This document shows, piece by piece, positions 20,001-29,515 of a DNA stretch of 33,715 bases. The stretch spans positions 62,001 through 95,715 of the forward strand of contig MEDY01000659.1 in assembly GCA_001724265.1 (NCBI GenBank), in the 5' to 3' direction. The translations under genes and the position numbers were made by a program. This DNA is from Rhizaria sp. SCN 62-66 (taxonomy: Eukaryota). The notes beneath the pieces were generated by a model. It was not told where the DNA came from and did not search any database. It worked only from the letters and a program-made list of their open reading frames with translations. The stretch's first letter is position 1; each line of letters begins with the position of its first letter.

Positions 20001-23000
20001 AGGACCATGGGGATGGTGGCGCTGTATGGAGTGTAGTCGATGCCGTTCATGACGAACGTGGGCACGGAGTAGCCGGCGACGGCGACAGTGTTGACGAGCT
20101 GAACACGAGTGATGCGCGAGACAGCGTTCTGAAGGTTGTTGTTGACGTTCTTGGTGACACGGAGGCGGAAGAAGAGATTCACCTCAGAGTGGCGGTCAAA
20201 GTCAAAGAGACGAACCAGGAAGCGGTTCGAAACCTCGAGCACAGAGGTGTCCATGTTGACAGCATCGTACGAGTTCTGGCTGTTGATGTTGACATAATCA
20301 AGGCCGCAGTCATCCCAGGAGTCCTGGCTGTTGTCGAAGTTGCTGTTGACGGGAAGATCAGTCGCAGTCGGGTTGGTGGCCTTGAACTTGCACTCCCAGC
20401 GGAAGTGGAGGCGGTCATCCGCAGCGGTGCTGATAACCTTGCTGTCAAACGAGTTGCTACCGTCAATGGAGAGCTTGCTGTCCCAGTCGTAGACGTTGTG
20501 AGTCCAAACACGGCCCTGGTAAGGGATGTTCTGAGTGATAACAGTAACATCAGAGCCCGTCTCAACGGTAACAGAGAAGGTGGTGGTGGCGTCACTGCTG
20601 ACAATATTGGTGCCAGGGTAGCTCTCCGTGGTGGTGATCTGGATCGTGTAAGTACCAGGAACAACGAGAACGTTGGAAGGAATAACGAAGCCACCATCAG
20701 CGAACTTGATTTGAGGGAAAGTCGTGAGCGCGATACCACCAATGGTAGCAGCCTCAACAGTGTGAGTGAGGATGCCGCCGTGAGCAGGACCGCACTTACT
20801 CAGCTGGGGGAAGCGCGCGACGGTGAGGGCCTCGCCAGCCTGAATAGTGAACTCCTCGTTGGGGCCATCGAAAACAAGGAACGAGGGCTGCTCCTTAACA
20901 AGCTCGATATTCTTGGTGAATTCCTTAGACTTACCAATCCATGAAGTGACCTTCAAGGAAACAACGTCAATAGACTGACTGGAGTGGTACCGCGGCTCGT
21001 AGCGGGACACAGTATCCAACCCCCACGCACGAGTGTAGTTATGAACAGGCGTGTTGAAGACTAACTCGAAGCCAAACTGCGTGCACTGACTGACATACAA
21101 GTCTCCGACAGGATTGACATTTTCACCAGTGACAATATTGCGAAGTGATGCATTGGGCCCAAACAAGCCAGTGGACTCAAGAGAGAGAGAAAAGGCATCG
21201 GCAAACACAGCAGGGGAGGACTCAAGCGAGAAGGCGTTGTCAAGGAAGTAGATTGTTTCACCCAGCAGGACAGTCGAGTCATCACCAGTCCAGACCGTCA
21301 GGCCAGTGGGGGTGAACTTGCACTGCACGTTTTGAGACTTGCCGAACTTGGCAAGCGATGCAAACGCCATCGCCTTCAGGCAGTTGTCGTATGAGGGCGA
21401 CGCGGTGACGCTGTCGACGTAGAGGTTGCTGTTAGAGGAAGGGAACGTGAGCTCAAACACGAGGTTCGAGTCAGTAGAGTGACCCGTAAGCTCGAACACG
21501 GAGCCAGCACTAACAAGGGTCTTGACGCAAAGGGAAGGAAAGCCAGCACCAAGCAGAGCATTATCAACATACCACTGGCCATAGGCGCACTCAGCAGTAA
21601 TGTCGGTACTACCAGTGTAGCCGACAGGGCAAGTAAGCACGACCTCGTCACCGTGATTGAACTGGGTGGCATTGGCATTCACAGCGTCCACGTAAGGGTG
21701 CTGAGCCAGAGGAAGAGCAGAGGCAGCGCAGGGAGCCTGGAAGCAGACGGGGAGCTTGCCATCAGCAGCCATCGAAGTCCAACCGTTGTCGGCATCGCAG
21801 CGCACGGCGCCAGCGTTAAGCTTGTAGGCACCGTCAGAAACAGGCACGTTGTCATCGCACGTCATCTGGACGACAGTGAACTCAGGGATGGCAGGGTTGG
21901 CACCGTCAAATTCAGGGTAGGCAGGCATTTCAGCGACAGTGATGTTGTTATCAGTATAGAACTGCTCAAGAGTGGTCCTAGTGCAGCGGTTCTCGCAATC
22001 GATGTCGGCAATTCCGGGGTTGGTGCAGTCGTAAATCACGGACTTGACGTACGAGTTGACAGAGCCGGTGGTGACCTTGATGCGTTCATTCGCGGCACTG
22101 CACGACACACGAGCAAAGGTACCGTACTCATGGTTGCTGTTATCCTGGTACTCGTTGAACACCTCCACAACGCTGCCAGCAGGCTTGACAAACTCACAGA
22201 TACGAGGAGCGCAAAGCTTCGTGTCCGCAGCGACAGTGCCAGAGACGTAATAAGTCTGGGCCTCGAGGAGGTATGCACCCGTGGTGACGTTGACTTCCAT
22301 GCGGCAACCGACGATAACATCGATGGGGGCGTGAAGATCAGCAGCGCAGGCAGGGCGAATTTGCTGGGCGGTGGTGAACATGGGGTCATTGGCGACATCG
22401 AGAGGGCGCCAGGCACTATAGACGCCGGTGCCGACGATATCACGGACCTGGATCTGAGCGAAGCCGTCGTCGATCTCAGCAGAAGTGTCGAACGAGACAG
22501 TGTTGGTCGGGGAGAGAGCATCGCACGTCATGATCGACTCGGCGCCGCAGGTGAGCTTGGTGAGATCAACTGAGCCGGCACTCCACGCGTCCGCCGTGGA
22601 GGCCGCCTTGGTGCACGTCACGGTGATCTCATTGTTGGCAACAGGCGTGGGGAGACCGTTGTAGAGAATGGCCAGGTTGTACATGGTCTTACCAGACCCG
22701 CACGTCAGCTTGACATCAGTGTTGACGTCAACACCTTTAGTAAGACTGGAAGTGGCGAAAGACGGGAAGGTGTCCTTGAGACTAGGGCAAGTCACACGCT
22801 CGCACTCAGGCGTAGCAGTAATACCCAAGGGGGTGGTGTAGTTGGCAACCTTGTTGTTGCAAGACGCGAAACGAGCGGAGGCGGCGGTGAACTCGAAGGA
22901 CTCACCTGTCAAAAGATCAGAGAAGCACGTCAGAGCGCCAGTGGTCTCATCCCAGTCAAGCTTGTGGTTGTTAGTGTCGAGGAAAACGCACTCAGTGGTG

Positions 23001-26000
23001 GGTGCGCAAGTGATCTTCGCGGCACCGATAGGAGTACCCTCAACGGACCACTTACGGTCAGAGCCGCAGAGCGCCTGGACGACAGCACGACCATAGGGAC
23101 GAATCTCATTGTCAGTAGCGCAAGTAAGATCGACCGAAGCACCGATGCCGAAACCGCTAGTACTGTCAATGGCGGTCTGAGTGCCATCATCCTCCAGAAC
23201 CTTCGAGGCAGAGCCAGCAAAGTCAATGAGGTCCTTGTTGTGGCAGTACGACTGGCAGGGGTTGGACAGATCATTGTAGCCATAGTTGGCCGCCGCAGTC
23301 AAGACCTCACCGACACACTCGATCGTACTGCCGGGATTGGGGACAGCAGCGTCGGGGCAAGTGAGAGTGACCCGGCCACCGCGAGGGATCAGAACGTCAT
23401 TGGAGGCAGTCAGGCCATTGTCGATGATCTCACGGACGATGACATCAGTGTCATAGATCAGAAGAGGTTGACGAAGAGTGTACGAATTGTCGAGGTACAT
23501 GGCCGTAGAGGCGTTGAACTGAGCCCAGAGAGTGCGCATCGAGCACGCGGCGAGCTTGCACGTGCCAATGTAATCAAGTTCAGTGGACTTCCAAGTGCCG
23601 GTGCTTACAATAGCAGAGACATCGTTCTGCGTGGTCACAGGCGTAGCCACGCACTCGTACTTCAGAGAAGTCATCGAGGGATCGGCGGGACCGTCGAAGA
23701 CGTAGTTGCTGAGGCACGAGGCCTCGATGACAGTCCCATAAGACACAATATCCTGATCGTTGAAGTCGACACCGTAGGCCACGCCAGCGATGTCGACGGA
23801 GGTAACGTCGACGTTGACGTGCTGAACAGGAAGGTCAGAGATCTTGCAGCCAACAGCAGTGCACTTGGGCAAAGTAGACCAGGTCTGGGTGACCGGCGAG
23901 CAGACAGCGCTGGCAGACACAGCCTGGTTGAGCGTAAGGTGCTTGGGCGTGTTGATGCAGCGGAGGAGGTAAGGGACAGTCTCGCTAGCAGGGCAGAACA
24001 GAGTGCCATTAGCGTGGGCTGCGCAACCGGAACCGGAGGTACTGTCCAGCGTCATTCCCGTGGGAACGCCGCAGGCAACACCGGAGCACATGGCCTCACT
24101 CGAGTAAAGAACGTTGCCGTTGATGCAGATCGGGAGACGACCGGTGAGAGTGTGGTGCGGGATCGAGCAGTCAACGTCGACGAGAGCGCCATGGACCACC
24201 TGCGAGTGCGCAATCTGCGAGTCGAGGGTGGCACCAGAGCCGACAACAGCGTTGCCCCAAGTGGCAATATCAGCACCAGTGTAGACGGGCAGCGCGGCAC
24301 CGAAAGAGCAGGAGGCAGTCGCAGTGCACACGTGGTCAATGCTGGCCTCAGCACCGGTGTAGACGTTGACGAACTTGGCATTAGTGCCACACACGAAGAG
24401 TTCAGGGATGAAGCTCTTGGCAGGGTTCGTGCAGGCGTACGAGCCCTTGATCACCTCGCCGAGCGGTACGCGCTCAAGCGAGCCGGTGACGTTGAGGCCA
24501 AGAGCAGAGAGGTCGGAGATAGCGCAAGTCTTCTCGCTAGCCACGCACGCCTCGGCGGTAAAGGAAACATCCCAGGCGCCGGCGGAGCACTTAGCAGTCG
24601 TGATTGCGCCTGCGCTATACTCGTAGCCTTCATTACACATCAGCGTAGCGACGGTGAGCACATCGTAGGTCTGGAAGCGGTAGTTGACAGTCGAACGCGT
24701 ACCATCAGTGTTGTAGGTGTAGGTCGACTTGCCCTCATTTGTAGAAACAGCATCGTACGACACGAAACCGTTCGTGGTGGTGAGCGGAACAGGAGAACTA
24801 TTCACGTTCGTGAAACCAGAGTAGTAGGCAGTGTCGTTGGTGCCCGTGACGTTGTTGAAGCGGTACAAGCCAGAGCCGGGCAGAGTGTCCTTAGGTACAA
24901 AGCCGAAGCAAGCGTTATTCTCGGGAACGCAGCGCTCAGCAAAGAGATCAGAGCCCCAGGTCGAGCCGAGAGCGCGCCACTCAGTGTTGCCCTTCTCATC
25001 AGAGGCGCAGATAATCTTCTTCGTCTTCTCATTGCCGTCCTTGAAGACAAGGCCCTCGGGGCAGGTGAAGGTCGCGGAGTAAAGGTACATCTCGGACGCA
25101 GACATCGCAACATCAGGCACAGTGACGTCGAATGCAACGGTGTAGTCGTAGGCGGCAATTGCGGTGGGGAACTTGGCAACAGAGCAAGTCTTGGGCACGC
25201 AGGCTGCCTGAGCGTCAGTGACGGCCTTGGCGAGGACGTCAGCCCAAGAGCGCATGTTAACATCGGTATTACCGGCATTACATTCAAGAGCCTTAGCACC
25301 GATGAAGTAGTTGTCAACATTCGTGCAGTAGAAGTGAACAGTGGAGATAGAAGGGTCGGCCGAAAGGATCGAGGGCACAGTCACACTGAGGTTATCAGGA
25401 AGGATGGCACCAGTCGGGATAGCACCACAGGTCGCGTACACAGGGTAATCGTGGTCCACAGGCTGGTTGTTGTCCGTCGAAGTGAACTCGAGGTGGGTCT
25501 GCGTCGTCGGATCCGCAGGGTTCTCGCACGTGACACTGAAGGTAGCAGAGTACTGCTCGCCGGCCTTCACCGTGACGGTGACGTTGGGCAGAGAAGCATC
25601 GACGGTGCAGCCATCGGTGGGAACGAGAGTGTAGGTGGTGTCGTAAGTGAGGATCTCCTTGAGGTGGACATGGAACGGGGTGACGACGCCAGCGAGAAGA
25701 TACGAGGCAGTCAACTCAGTACCAGTCCACTGGGGCAGCGAAGCATAGTTCTCCTTGGAAGGCATAGGCTCGACCGTATAGACCACAGAGGGCGTGATCT
25801 GGAAGCTAGCGATATAGGCGCCATGCGCGATGTCGAAGACACGAACATAATAGTTGCGGGCAGAGATACACTTAAGTGAAATGGTATCGGGATTCAAGTC
25901 AAGGGTGACAAAATAGGCACCAAAGGTATTGCCCATCATCGGGGCGACGTCGTCGTTGTTACGCTTCACCATACACTCCAGCCCATCGACGAGAATGTCC

Positions 26001-29000
26001 TTATTGACGTGCGTTGCATCATAGGTGTCGTAAATCAGAACGATGTAGTCACTAGAGGCAACACCTTCGATGGTGAACATCTCGGTGTAAACACCGAGAT
26101 CAAAGCGGAGGTGGTTGTCCAGGGTCTCGACGACGCCAATGGTGGCAAGGTCGGTAACGCCATACAAGACACCCCCCAAGACTGCTGCTGAACCGGACAT
26201 GTTATACGAGCTGGCGTAGTCCGTCGTATAGTTACTCCCGGTATTACACATCGAAAAGAAGGAATCAGCATCCTTAAGATAACTGGGAGAAGTGGTACTG
26301 TCATCGTAGTAGATCGACACGTCATTCGAGAAGTACGTAAAGACGTCACTACTACCAACAACACCAATCTTACTCCACGCAGACATGAGGTAACCCGGCT
26401 TATCGCAGTCGTAGACTGGCGCCGGGGTGACGCCGCCACCGGACACAGCACCATTTTCGTAGCCAGGGACAACAATCGTGGGACTGTAGTTGATAAGGAA
26501 GCGTGCAGAGGCGATGCGGGAGACGCCGTCCTTGTGCAGGATGTCGAGGTGGACCCAATAGGGCATCAGGTAGCTCTTCAGAGGAACCGCCGCGCGGCCA
26601 CTGAAAGGAGTATCGATCAAGAAAACACCATTCTCGTACTTGGAGACACTGAGTTGAGTGATGCCAAACGCCGCGCCAAGGGTAGCGGTAGAGTCAGCGG
26701 CGGCAACGGTGAGGCCACCGAAGCGCTCGGTGTTGGAGACGGTACCTGCAACGAGATCGACGGTCTCAGTGAGATTAGACTCGTCGTACTCACGGATGGA
26801 CAGCAGCAAGTCAGCAGCATCGCTGCCAAGACCGCTAATGGTAAACGAGACATCTTCGATTTTATCAATCGCGGCGTTATAGCTGTAATTATCCAGATCG
26901 ATCTTGACGGTCTTGGTGTAGGCGTGGAAGATGCCCATCTGGTAGTTGAGAGGATCGACGAAATCGGAACCAACGCGCGACGGCTGAGCGACGTAGGCCT
27001 CAACGTCGGTGAAGCCACCAATCTCAGCGCAGCGGAGCTGAACGCTCGCACCAACAGTGAAGCTCGTAGTAGGGATCGAAACCACAGGGTACGACGCAGC
27101 AGTAGTCGAGAAATCCGCGTCCGTCCAAGTAGGGTTGCCCGTGAGCTCCACGGAAAGACTCGAAGAGTGGAGAGAGCACTTGTTGAAGGTGATAGAGAAG
27201 CCAATGGTTGAGAGAGGCAGCTCAATAAGGTAATTACTAGTGGAATTCATCACCACGAAGTTAGACTCGAACGAGATAAGTTTGTTGGTCGCATTGTAGA
27301 AGAAGCGCGACGACGCCATATTGCCCGTAAGAAGTCCCACAGTCGCATCCTCAACCAGGGTAATATCGTCGAGCAGAACTTGGGGATCATCGTTGCGAAG
27401 CGAATGAACCTCGTTAATCCACATGAGCGAGGTAAAGTAGTTCATGGGCTTAAACGACGCAGGAGACGATTCACCGTAAAAGATGTCCATGACGGTGTAC
27501 TTCTGTGCAGAGAAGCGACTCGAGTCAACGTGAACCTTGTCGCACGCGAAAGTAACATAGGGATTTGCGACATTAGCAAGCTCGATAGTGACAACGCGAT
27601 CCTTCACCTCGATAACAAGGGTAGTTGTAGCGTCATCCTGGGCAACACACTGGTTTTCGTCAAGCTCAATGCCTGCAGGCATCTCAAAACTGAAGGTAGG
27701 CTTGACATACACAGTGCTCTGGAAGTCGCGGTAGATACGAATGCTGAAACGCGCCCAGTTAAAGCCGGAGAACAGGCTGCCGGAGATGTACGAGAGCTGG
27801 GAGATGGTCTGCTCACCGTAGGAGTTAAACGGAGCGCTAACACGCGTGTTGTCAACAGTGGGAGCAGAACCACAGCCGACGGCGTAACCTAGGACTTGGA
27901 AGCCGGCGGCAAGGTTAGTGTTGGGTGCGTTCCTGATAATACCACCATAGTGGAGAACACAGGTCGCGTCAACTATCGCCGCAGCCTCGACAAAGTAAAG
28001 ATGAAGGTCAGCAGTGGCAGAGGTAAGGGGAGTTGTACTGAGAACCAGGTCATTGCCAATGAAAGATAGCTTCTGCAGAGGGTTGGTAACGTCCTCATGG
28101 ACAATCGTGCTGTTCAGGTTCAGATCGTAGCCAGGTTCAGTCGAGTAGTGCTTGTTCCACGTCCACTTCAGGTTAAAGTAAGACCCGAGGTAGCTGGTGA
28201 CCTCCTCCTCAAAGTAGACAACGCAGACGAGCTCGACAGGGAGCTCGGAGTCGTAGTTGTAGACTTCGATACCACTAACATCTCCGGTGATAATCTCATC
28301 CAAAGACGCAGTCTTGTTCTTGGCAACGATATCAGTCGTCGAATAGTTGCCGTTGTGGAGACGGCACTCAAAGCCCTGAAGCTTGGTGAGAACGGTGGTC
28401 TGTGCGGTGGGGATCAGGCTGACACTGACGTCAATACGGAACTCACTCAGAGGCTCGTTGATGTTGGTGGGGGTAAAGTCAAGAGTGTTGAGAGGCGCAG
28501 TCAGCATCACGAGCTGCGTGAGAACGACGGACTTAGTATAAATATTCTTCTCATTGTAGCGCGAGGGCTGGAAGCCGATACAGGAGAACCCAGTCTCACA
28601 ACGAATGGCAGTCAAAGGAGAGACAATGGTGGCAGCCTCGTCATTGGCGTGCTGATTGTCCTCAAACCACTTATAAACAGAGGTGTACGTGTTGCCATGG
28701 TCGACGATCTTGACGGTCTCAAGCTCGGTCAGCGAAAGACCCGTGAGCGTGGTAGCCAGCGTGGTACCATCATCCAGCTGATAGTCAATTCCCTTCGGGT
28801 TAGGGGGAGTGCGAACTGTGACAGTGTACTTCGAGGCCGCAGGGGTCGCCCCGAAGTCGAGCGTTTTGGACAGACCGAAGTAGGGAATGATTGCATCACG
28901 AAGCTCAACAACACGCGTATCAACAGCACAGACAAGAGTAGTGGAGGTGGTGATGTTGTCCGTCTTCGTGGTTTCAAGCGTCATGGGCACAGCTCCATGC

Positions 29001-29515
29001 GGATAGATTGAAGTGACATGATCGGAGGTGAAAAGGGAGCCGGAAATGGGAATGGGACACTTGATGTAGACGCTACTGTCGGCGGCGTCGGCATTGGCCT
29101 CATAGAGGTCAAAGACAAGCGTCGAGTTGCTACTAGTCCACTTGGTAGAGATCTCAGCCAGAGAGTCGCCAGGACGACTGAACTTGAGGAAAGAGCAGCG
29201 GTCGCCGGCAGCAAAACCGGCAGCAAGACCAGTAGTAAGAAGGTCGGTGGTCGCCGTAGTTGTGTTGAAGCTCAACTCGACACGCATAGTCTCGATCGAG
29301 GTGTTACGCTGTACGTGGTTGAAACGGAACCAGAGACTAGTGGTAGGGGCGGCGACGCCATCCTGAAGCTTGGTAGTATCGTCGACAGGAAACGAGCGAA
29401 TAACAGCAAGGTTACAGGAGTCAACCACGGAGGCGGTGGACAGGGCGACCATGGCTAACAGAGCGGCCATGATCAGGGGGAGACACACGCGCAGCCCTCG
29501 CTGCAGCGATGTCAT
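17012..29515 (-). CDS. Polycystin-1 (PKD1/REJ)-like cell-surface protein, ~4167 aa: signal peptide, long ectodomain with many sushi/CCP-like Cys repeats, REJ-like region, GAIN/GPS, ~5 TM helices
   Basis: Single 12.5-kb ORF. Signal-like MTSLQRGLRVCLPLIMAALLAMVALSTA. Sushi-like units (e.g. FNHGDEVVLTCPVGYTGSTDITAECAYGQW). REJ-like LSIDGSNSFD...LHFRWEC. GPS CQYF...WGSSGC...CECSHLTAF. PKD1-like membrane segment LFYSVFARSSYDNVSSATRMAVAMLVALTGFTLTAMFWG. Ends TAA. ATG 29515 preferred over the ORF-track start. Confidence 0.88.
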   Translation of the reverse strand: MTSLQRGLRVCLPLIMAALLAMVALSTASVVDSCNLAVIRSFPVDDTTKLQDGVAAPTTSLWFRFNHVQRNTSIETMRVELSFNTTTATTDLLTTGLAAGFAAGDRCSFLKFSRPGDSLAEISTKWTSSNSTLVFDLYEANADAADSSVYIKCPIPISGSLFTSDHVTSIYPHGAVPMTLETTKTDNITTSTTLVCAVDTRVVELRDAIIPYFGLSKTLDFGATPAASKYTVTVRTPPNPKGIDYQLDDGTTLATTLTGLSLTELETVKIVDHGNTYTSVYKWFEDNQHANDEAATIVSPLTAIRCETGFSCIGFQPSRYNEKNIYTKSVVLTQLVMLTAPLNTLDFTPTNINEPLSEFRIDVSVSLIPTAQTTVLTKLQGFECRLHNGNYSTTDIVAKNKTASLDEIITGDVSGIEVYNYDSELPVELVCVVYFEEEVTSYLGSYFNLKWTWNKHYSTEPGYDLNLNSTIVHEDVTNPLQKLSFIGNDLVLSTTPLTSATADLHLYFVEAAAIVDATCVLHYGGIIRNAPNTNLAAGFQVLGYAVGCGSAPTVDNTRVSAPFNSYGEQTISQLSYISGSLFSGFNWARFSIRIYRDFQSTVYVKPTFSFEMPAGIELDENQCVAQDDATTTLVIEVKDRVVTIELANVANPYVTFACDKVHVDSSRFSAQKYTVMDIFYGESSPASFKPMNYFTSLMWINEVHSLRNDDPQVLLDDITLVEDATVGLLTGNMASSRFFYNATNKLISFESNFVVMNSTSNYLIELPLSTIGFSITFNKCSLHSSSLSVELTGNPTWTDADFSTTAASYPVVSIPTTSFTVGASVQLRCAEIGGFTDVEAYVAQPSRVGSDFVDPLNYQMGIFHAYTKTVKIDLDNYSYNAAIDKIEDVSFTISGLGSDAADLLLSIREYDESNLTETVDLVAGTVSNTERFGGLTVAAADSTATLGAAFGITQLSVSKYENGVFLIDTPFSGRAAVPLKSYLMPYWVHLDILHKDGVSRIASARFLINYSPTIVVPGYENGAVSGGGVTPAPVYDCDKPGYLMSAWSKIGVVGSSDVFTYFSNDVSIYYDDSTTSPSYLKDADSFFSMCNTGSNYTTDYASSYNMSGSAAVLGGVLYGVTDLATIGVVETLDNHLRFDLGVYTEMFTIEGVASSDYIVLIYDTYDATHVNKDILVDGLECMVKRNNDDVAPMMGNTFGAYFVTLDLNPDTISLKCISARNYYVRVFDIAHGAYIASFQITPSVVYTVEPMPSKENYASLPQWTGTELTASYLLAGVVTPFHVHLKEILTYDTTYTLVPTDGCTVDASLPNVTVTVKAGEQYSATFSVTCENPADPTTQTHLEFTSTDNNQPVDHDYPVYATCGAIPTGAILPDNLSVTVPSILSADPSISTVHFYCTNVDNYFIGAKALECNAGNTDVNMRSWADVLAKAVTDAQAACVPKTCSVAKFPTAIAAYDYTVAFDVTVPDVAMSASEMYLYSATFTCPEGLVFKDGNEKTKKIICASDEKGNTEWRALGSTWGSDLFAERCVPENNACFGFVPKDTLPGSGLYRFNNVTGTNDTAYYSGFTNVNSSPVPLTTTNGFVSYDAVSTNEGKSTYTYNTDGTRSTVNYRFQTYDVLTVATLMCNEGYEYSAGAITTAKCSAGAWDVSFTAEACVASEKTCAISDLSALGLNVTGSLERVPLGEVIKGSYACTNPAKSFIPELFVCGTNAKFVNVYTGAEASIDHVCTATASCSFGAALPVYTGADIATWGNAVVGSGATLDSQIAHSQVVHGALVDVDCSIPHHTLTGRLPICINGNVLYSSEAMCSGVACGVPTGMTLDSTSGSGCAAHANGTLFCPASETVPYLLRCINTPKHLTLNQAVSASAVCSPVTQTWSTLPKCTAVGCKISDLPVQHVNVDVTSVDIAGVAYGVDFNDQDIVSYGTVIEASCLSNYVFDGPADPSMTSLKYECVATPVTTQNDVSAIVSTGTWKSTELDYIGTCKLAACSMRTLWAQFNASTAMYLDNSYTLRQPLLIYDTDVIVREIIDNGLTASNDVLIPRGGRVTLTCPDAAVPNPGSTIECVGEVLTAAANYGYNDLSNPCQSYCHNKDLIDFAGSASKVLEDDGTQTAIDSTSGFGIGASVDLTCATDNEIRPYGRAVVQALCGSDRKWSVEGTPIGAAKITCAPTTECVFLDTNNHKLDWDETTGALTCFSDLLTGESFEFTAASARFASCNNKVANYTTPLGITATPECERVTCPSLKDTFPSFATSSLTKGVDVNTDVKLTCGSGKTMYNLAILYNGLPTPVANNEITVTCTKAASTADAWSAGSVDLTKLTCGAESIMTCDALSPTNTVSFDTSAEIDDGFAQIQVRDIVGTGVYSAWRPLDVANDPMFTTAQQIRPACAADLHAPIDVIVGCRMEVNVTTGAYLLEAQTYYVSGTVAADTKLCAPRICEFVKPAGSVVEVFNEYQDNSNHEYGTFARVSCSAANERIKVTTGSVNSYVKSVIYDCTNPGIADIDCENRCTRTTLEQFYTDNNITVAEMPAYPEFDGANPAIPEFTVVQMTCDDNVPVSDGAYKLNAGAVRCDADNGWTSMAADGKLPVCFQAPCAASALPLAQHPYVDAVNANATQFNHGDEVVLTCPVGYTGSTDITAECAYGQWYVDNALLGAGFPSLCVKTLVSAGSVFELTGHSTDSNLVFELTFPSSNSNLYVDSVTASPSYDNCLKAMAFASLAKFGKSQNVQCKFTPTGLTVWTGDDSTVLLGETIYFLDNAFSLESSPAVFADAFSLSLESTGLFGPNASLRNIVTGENVNPVGDLYVSQCTQFGFELVFNTPVHNYTRAWGLDTVSRYEPRYHSSQSIDVVSLKVTSWIGKSKEFTKNIELVKEQPSFLVFDGPNEEFTIQAGEALTVARFPQLSKCGPAHGGILTHTVEAATIGGIALTTFPQIKFADGGFVIPSNVLVVPGTYTIQITTTESYPGTNIVSSDATTTFSVTVETGSDVTVITQNIPYQGRVWTHNVYDWDSKLSIDGSNSFDSKVISTAADDRLHFRWECKFKATNPTATDLPVNSNFDNSQDSWDDCGLDYVNINSQNSYDAVNMDTSVLEVSNRFLVRLFDFDRHSEVNLFFRLRVTKNVNNNLQNAVSRITRVQLVNTVAVAGYSVPTFVMNGIDYTPYSATIPMVLPNLENIGNITDVQFMKASGQIKNAITSGGLVATLSNNYVVRYFDDSDVVLEAVVSVPQNDYSSVWICPDVDLAVAATTSLFNTDRLVLRGSYFGEANKLNAQLRCTYVIFPKQDISAYENLRDIYNTAKANKWYHASATLLFRVVKPVNVKDLELEYEYLGMYKNSMIYAIVVGATGYTRFTTTMNGATTTLFNGNRNVWCGPLSRGVQTISAEVTTSKTTDLTNRFITLRKSISIDVVNGTVINSSAAGASALSGVADAIAQNDAYAFASSIPASLSAATDVANATAVRAAYLEAIVSHAALFGQAESSGTAVANVEGSQLAVSAIANVLSAPKQTTPDTIATSLRLQGTHLKTIARSGSSSTGSVVTTALSTLANALAAANTHDDVQTSAVVVDSIVQQLGPIVATAIRSAISPATAATPVSLSSGPISVTAFAATPAEAIAAFSGAGFEDKTVSADLFEQFENNNVNKFYVASYKITDNVAIANAGAAVPITKVSQLTGLAFYSTTGVKLDTSSFKRARITVPHVGGFPDADSEFPACQYFVEGSSDSTIESESDAWGSSGCSLYKRHDDYTVCECSHLTAFRARADYGSDAWLTVNNSNVKDNMTPLYVVFVWMAVFVIFVLIAKAIDNSKSGEAIKMLLIQWHSDAELGTAAASTARTDNQFSRTSTLMSANQLFYSVFARSSYDNVSSATRMAVAMLVALTGFTLTAMFWGGMKTRNSLDNYPGVIFLAAGLLVIVNIIFANVLRMSHSSGPKAFLYKYALELAALYHTGTSTYFPASEQASLKAGANHNYRGVYQNILAEEKKGNTSTVHSLLRSAVVLDKKHVQKTLSDKGYGSSGASIAAGFFFFAYAVACAILIVAFGIQLGTTVTASVGKWIGSGFAAVAIELFIFSPIFFFLAATLTSSGAPADVAARGLTAYHMDSFEEYVETANKTYTPYVAAVAVSTQAVETQPLASGAASAAHHDEEGATDAEAVAVEVVATEDAVSAA
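18240..18380 (-). other. GPS autoproteolysis motif (HL|T at 18259-18251)
   Basis: C-x-Y-F...W-x3-GC...C-x-C-S-H-L-T-A-F matches the GPS consensus with an intact H-L-T, ~25 aa before the first TM. Confidence 0.9.

Noticed and set aside
17090-29458. Long + strand ORFs (e.g. 22964..25879 971 aa, 18845..20944 699 aa, 17090..18349)
   Set aside because: Antisense shadows of the PKD1-like CDS, caused by avoidance of TTA/CTA/TCA codons. No domain-like content.
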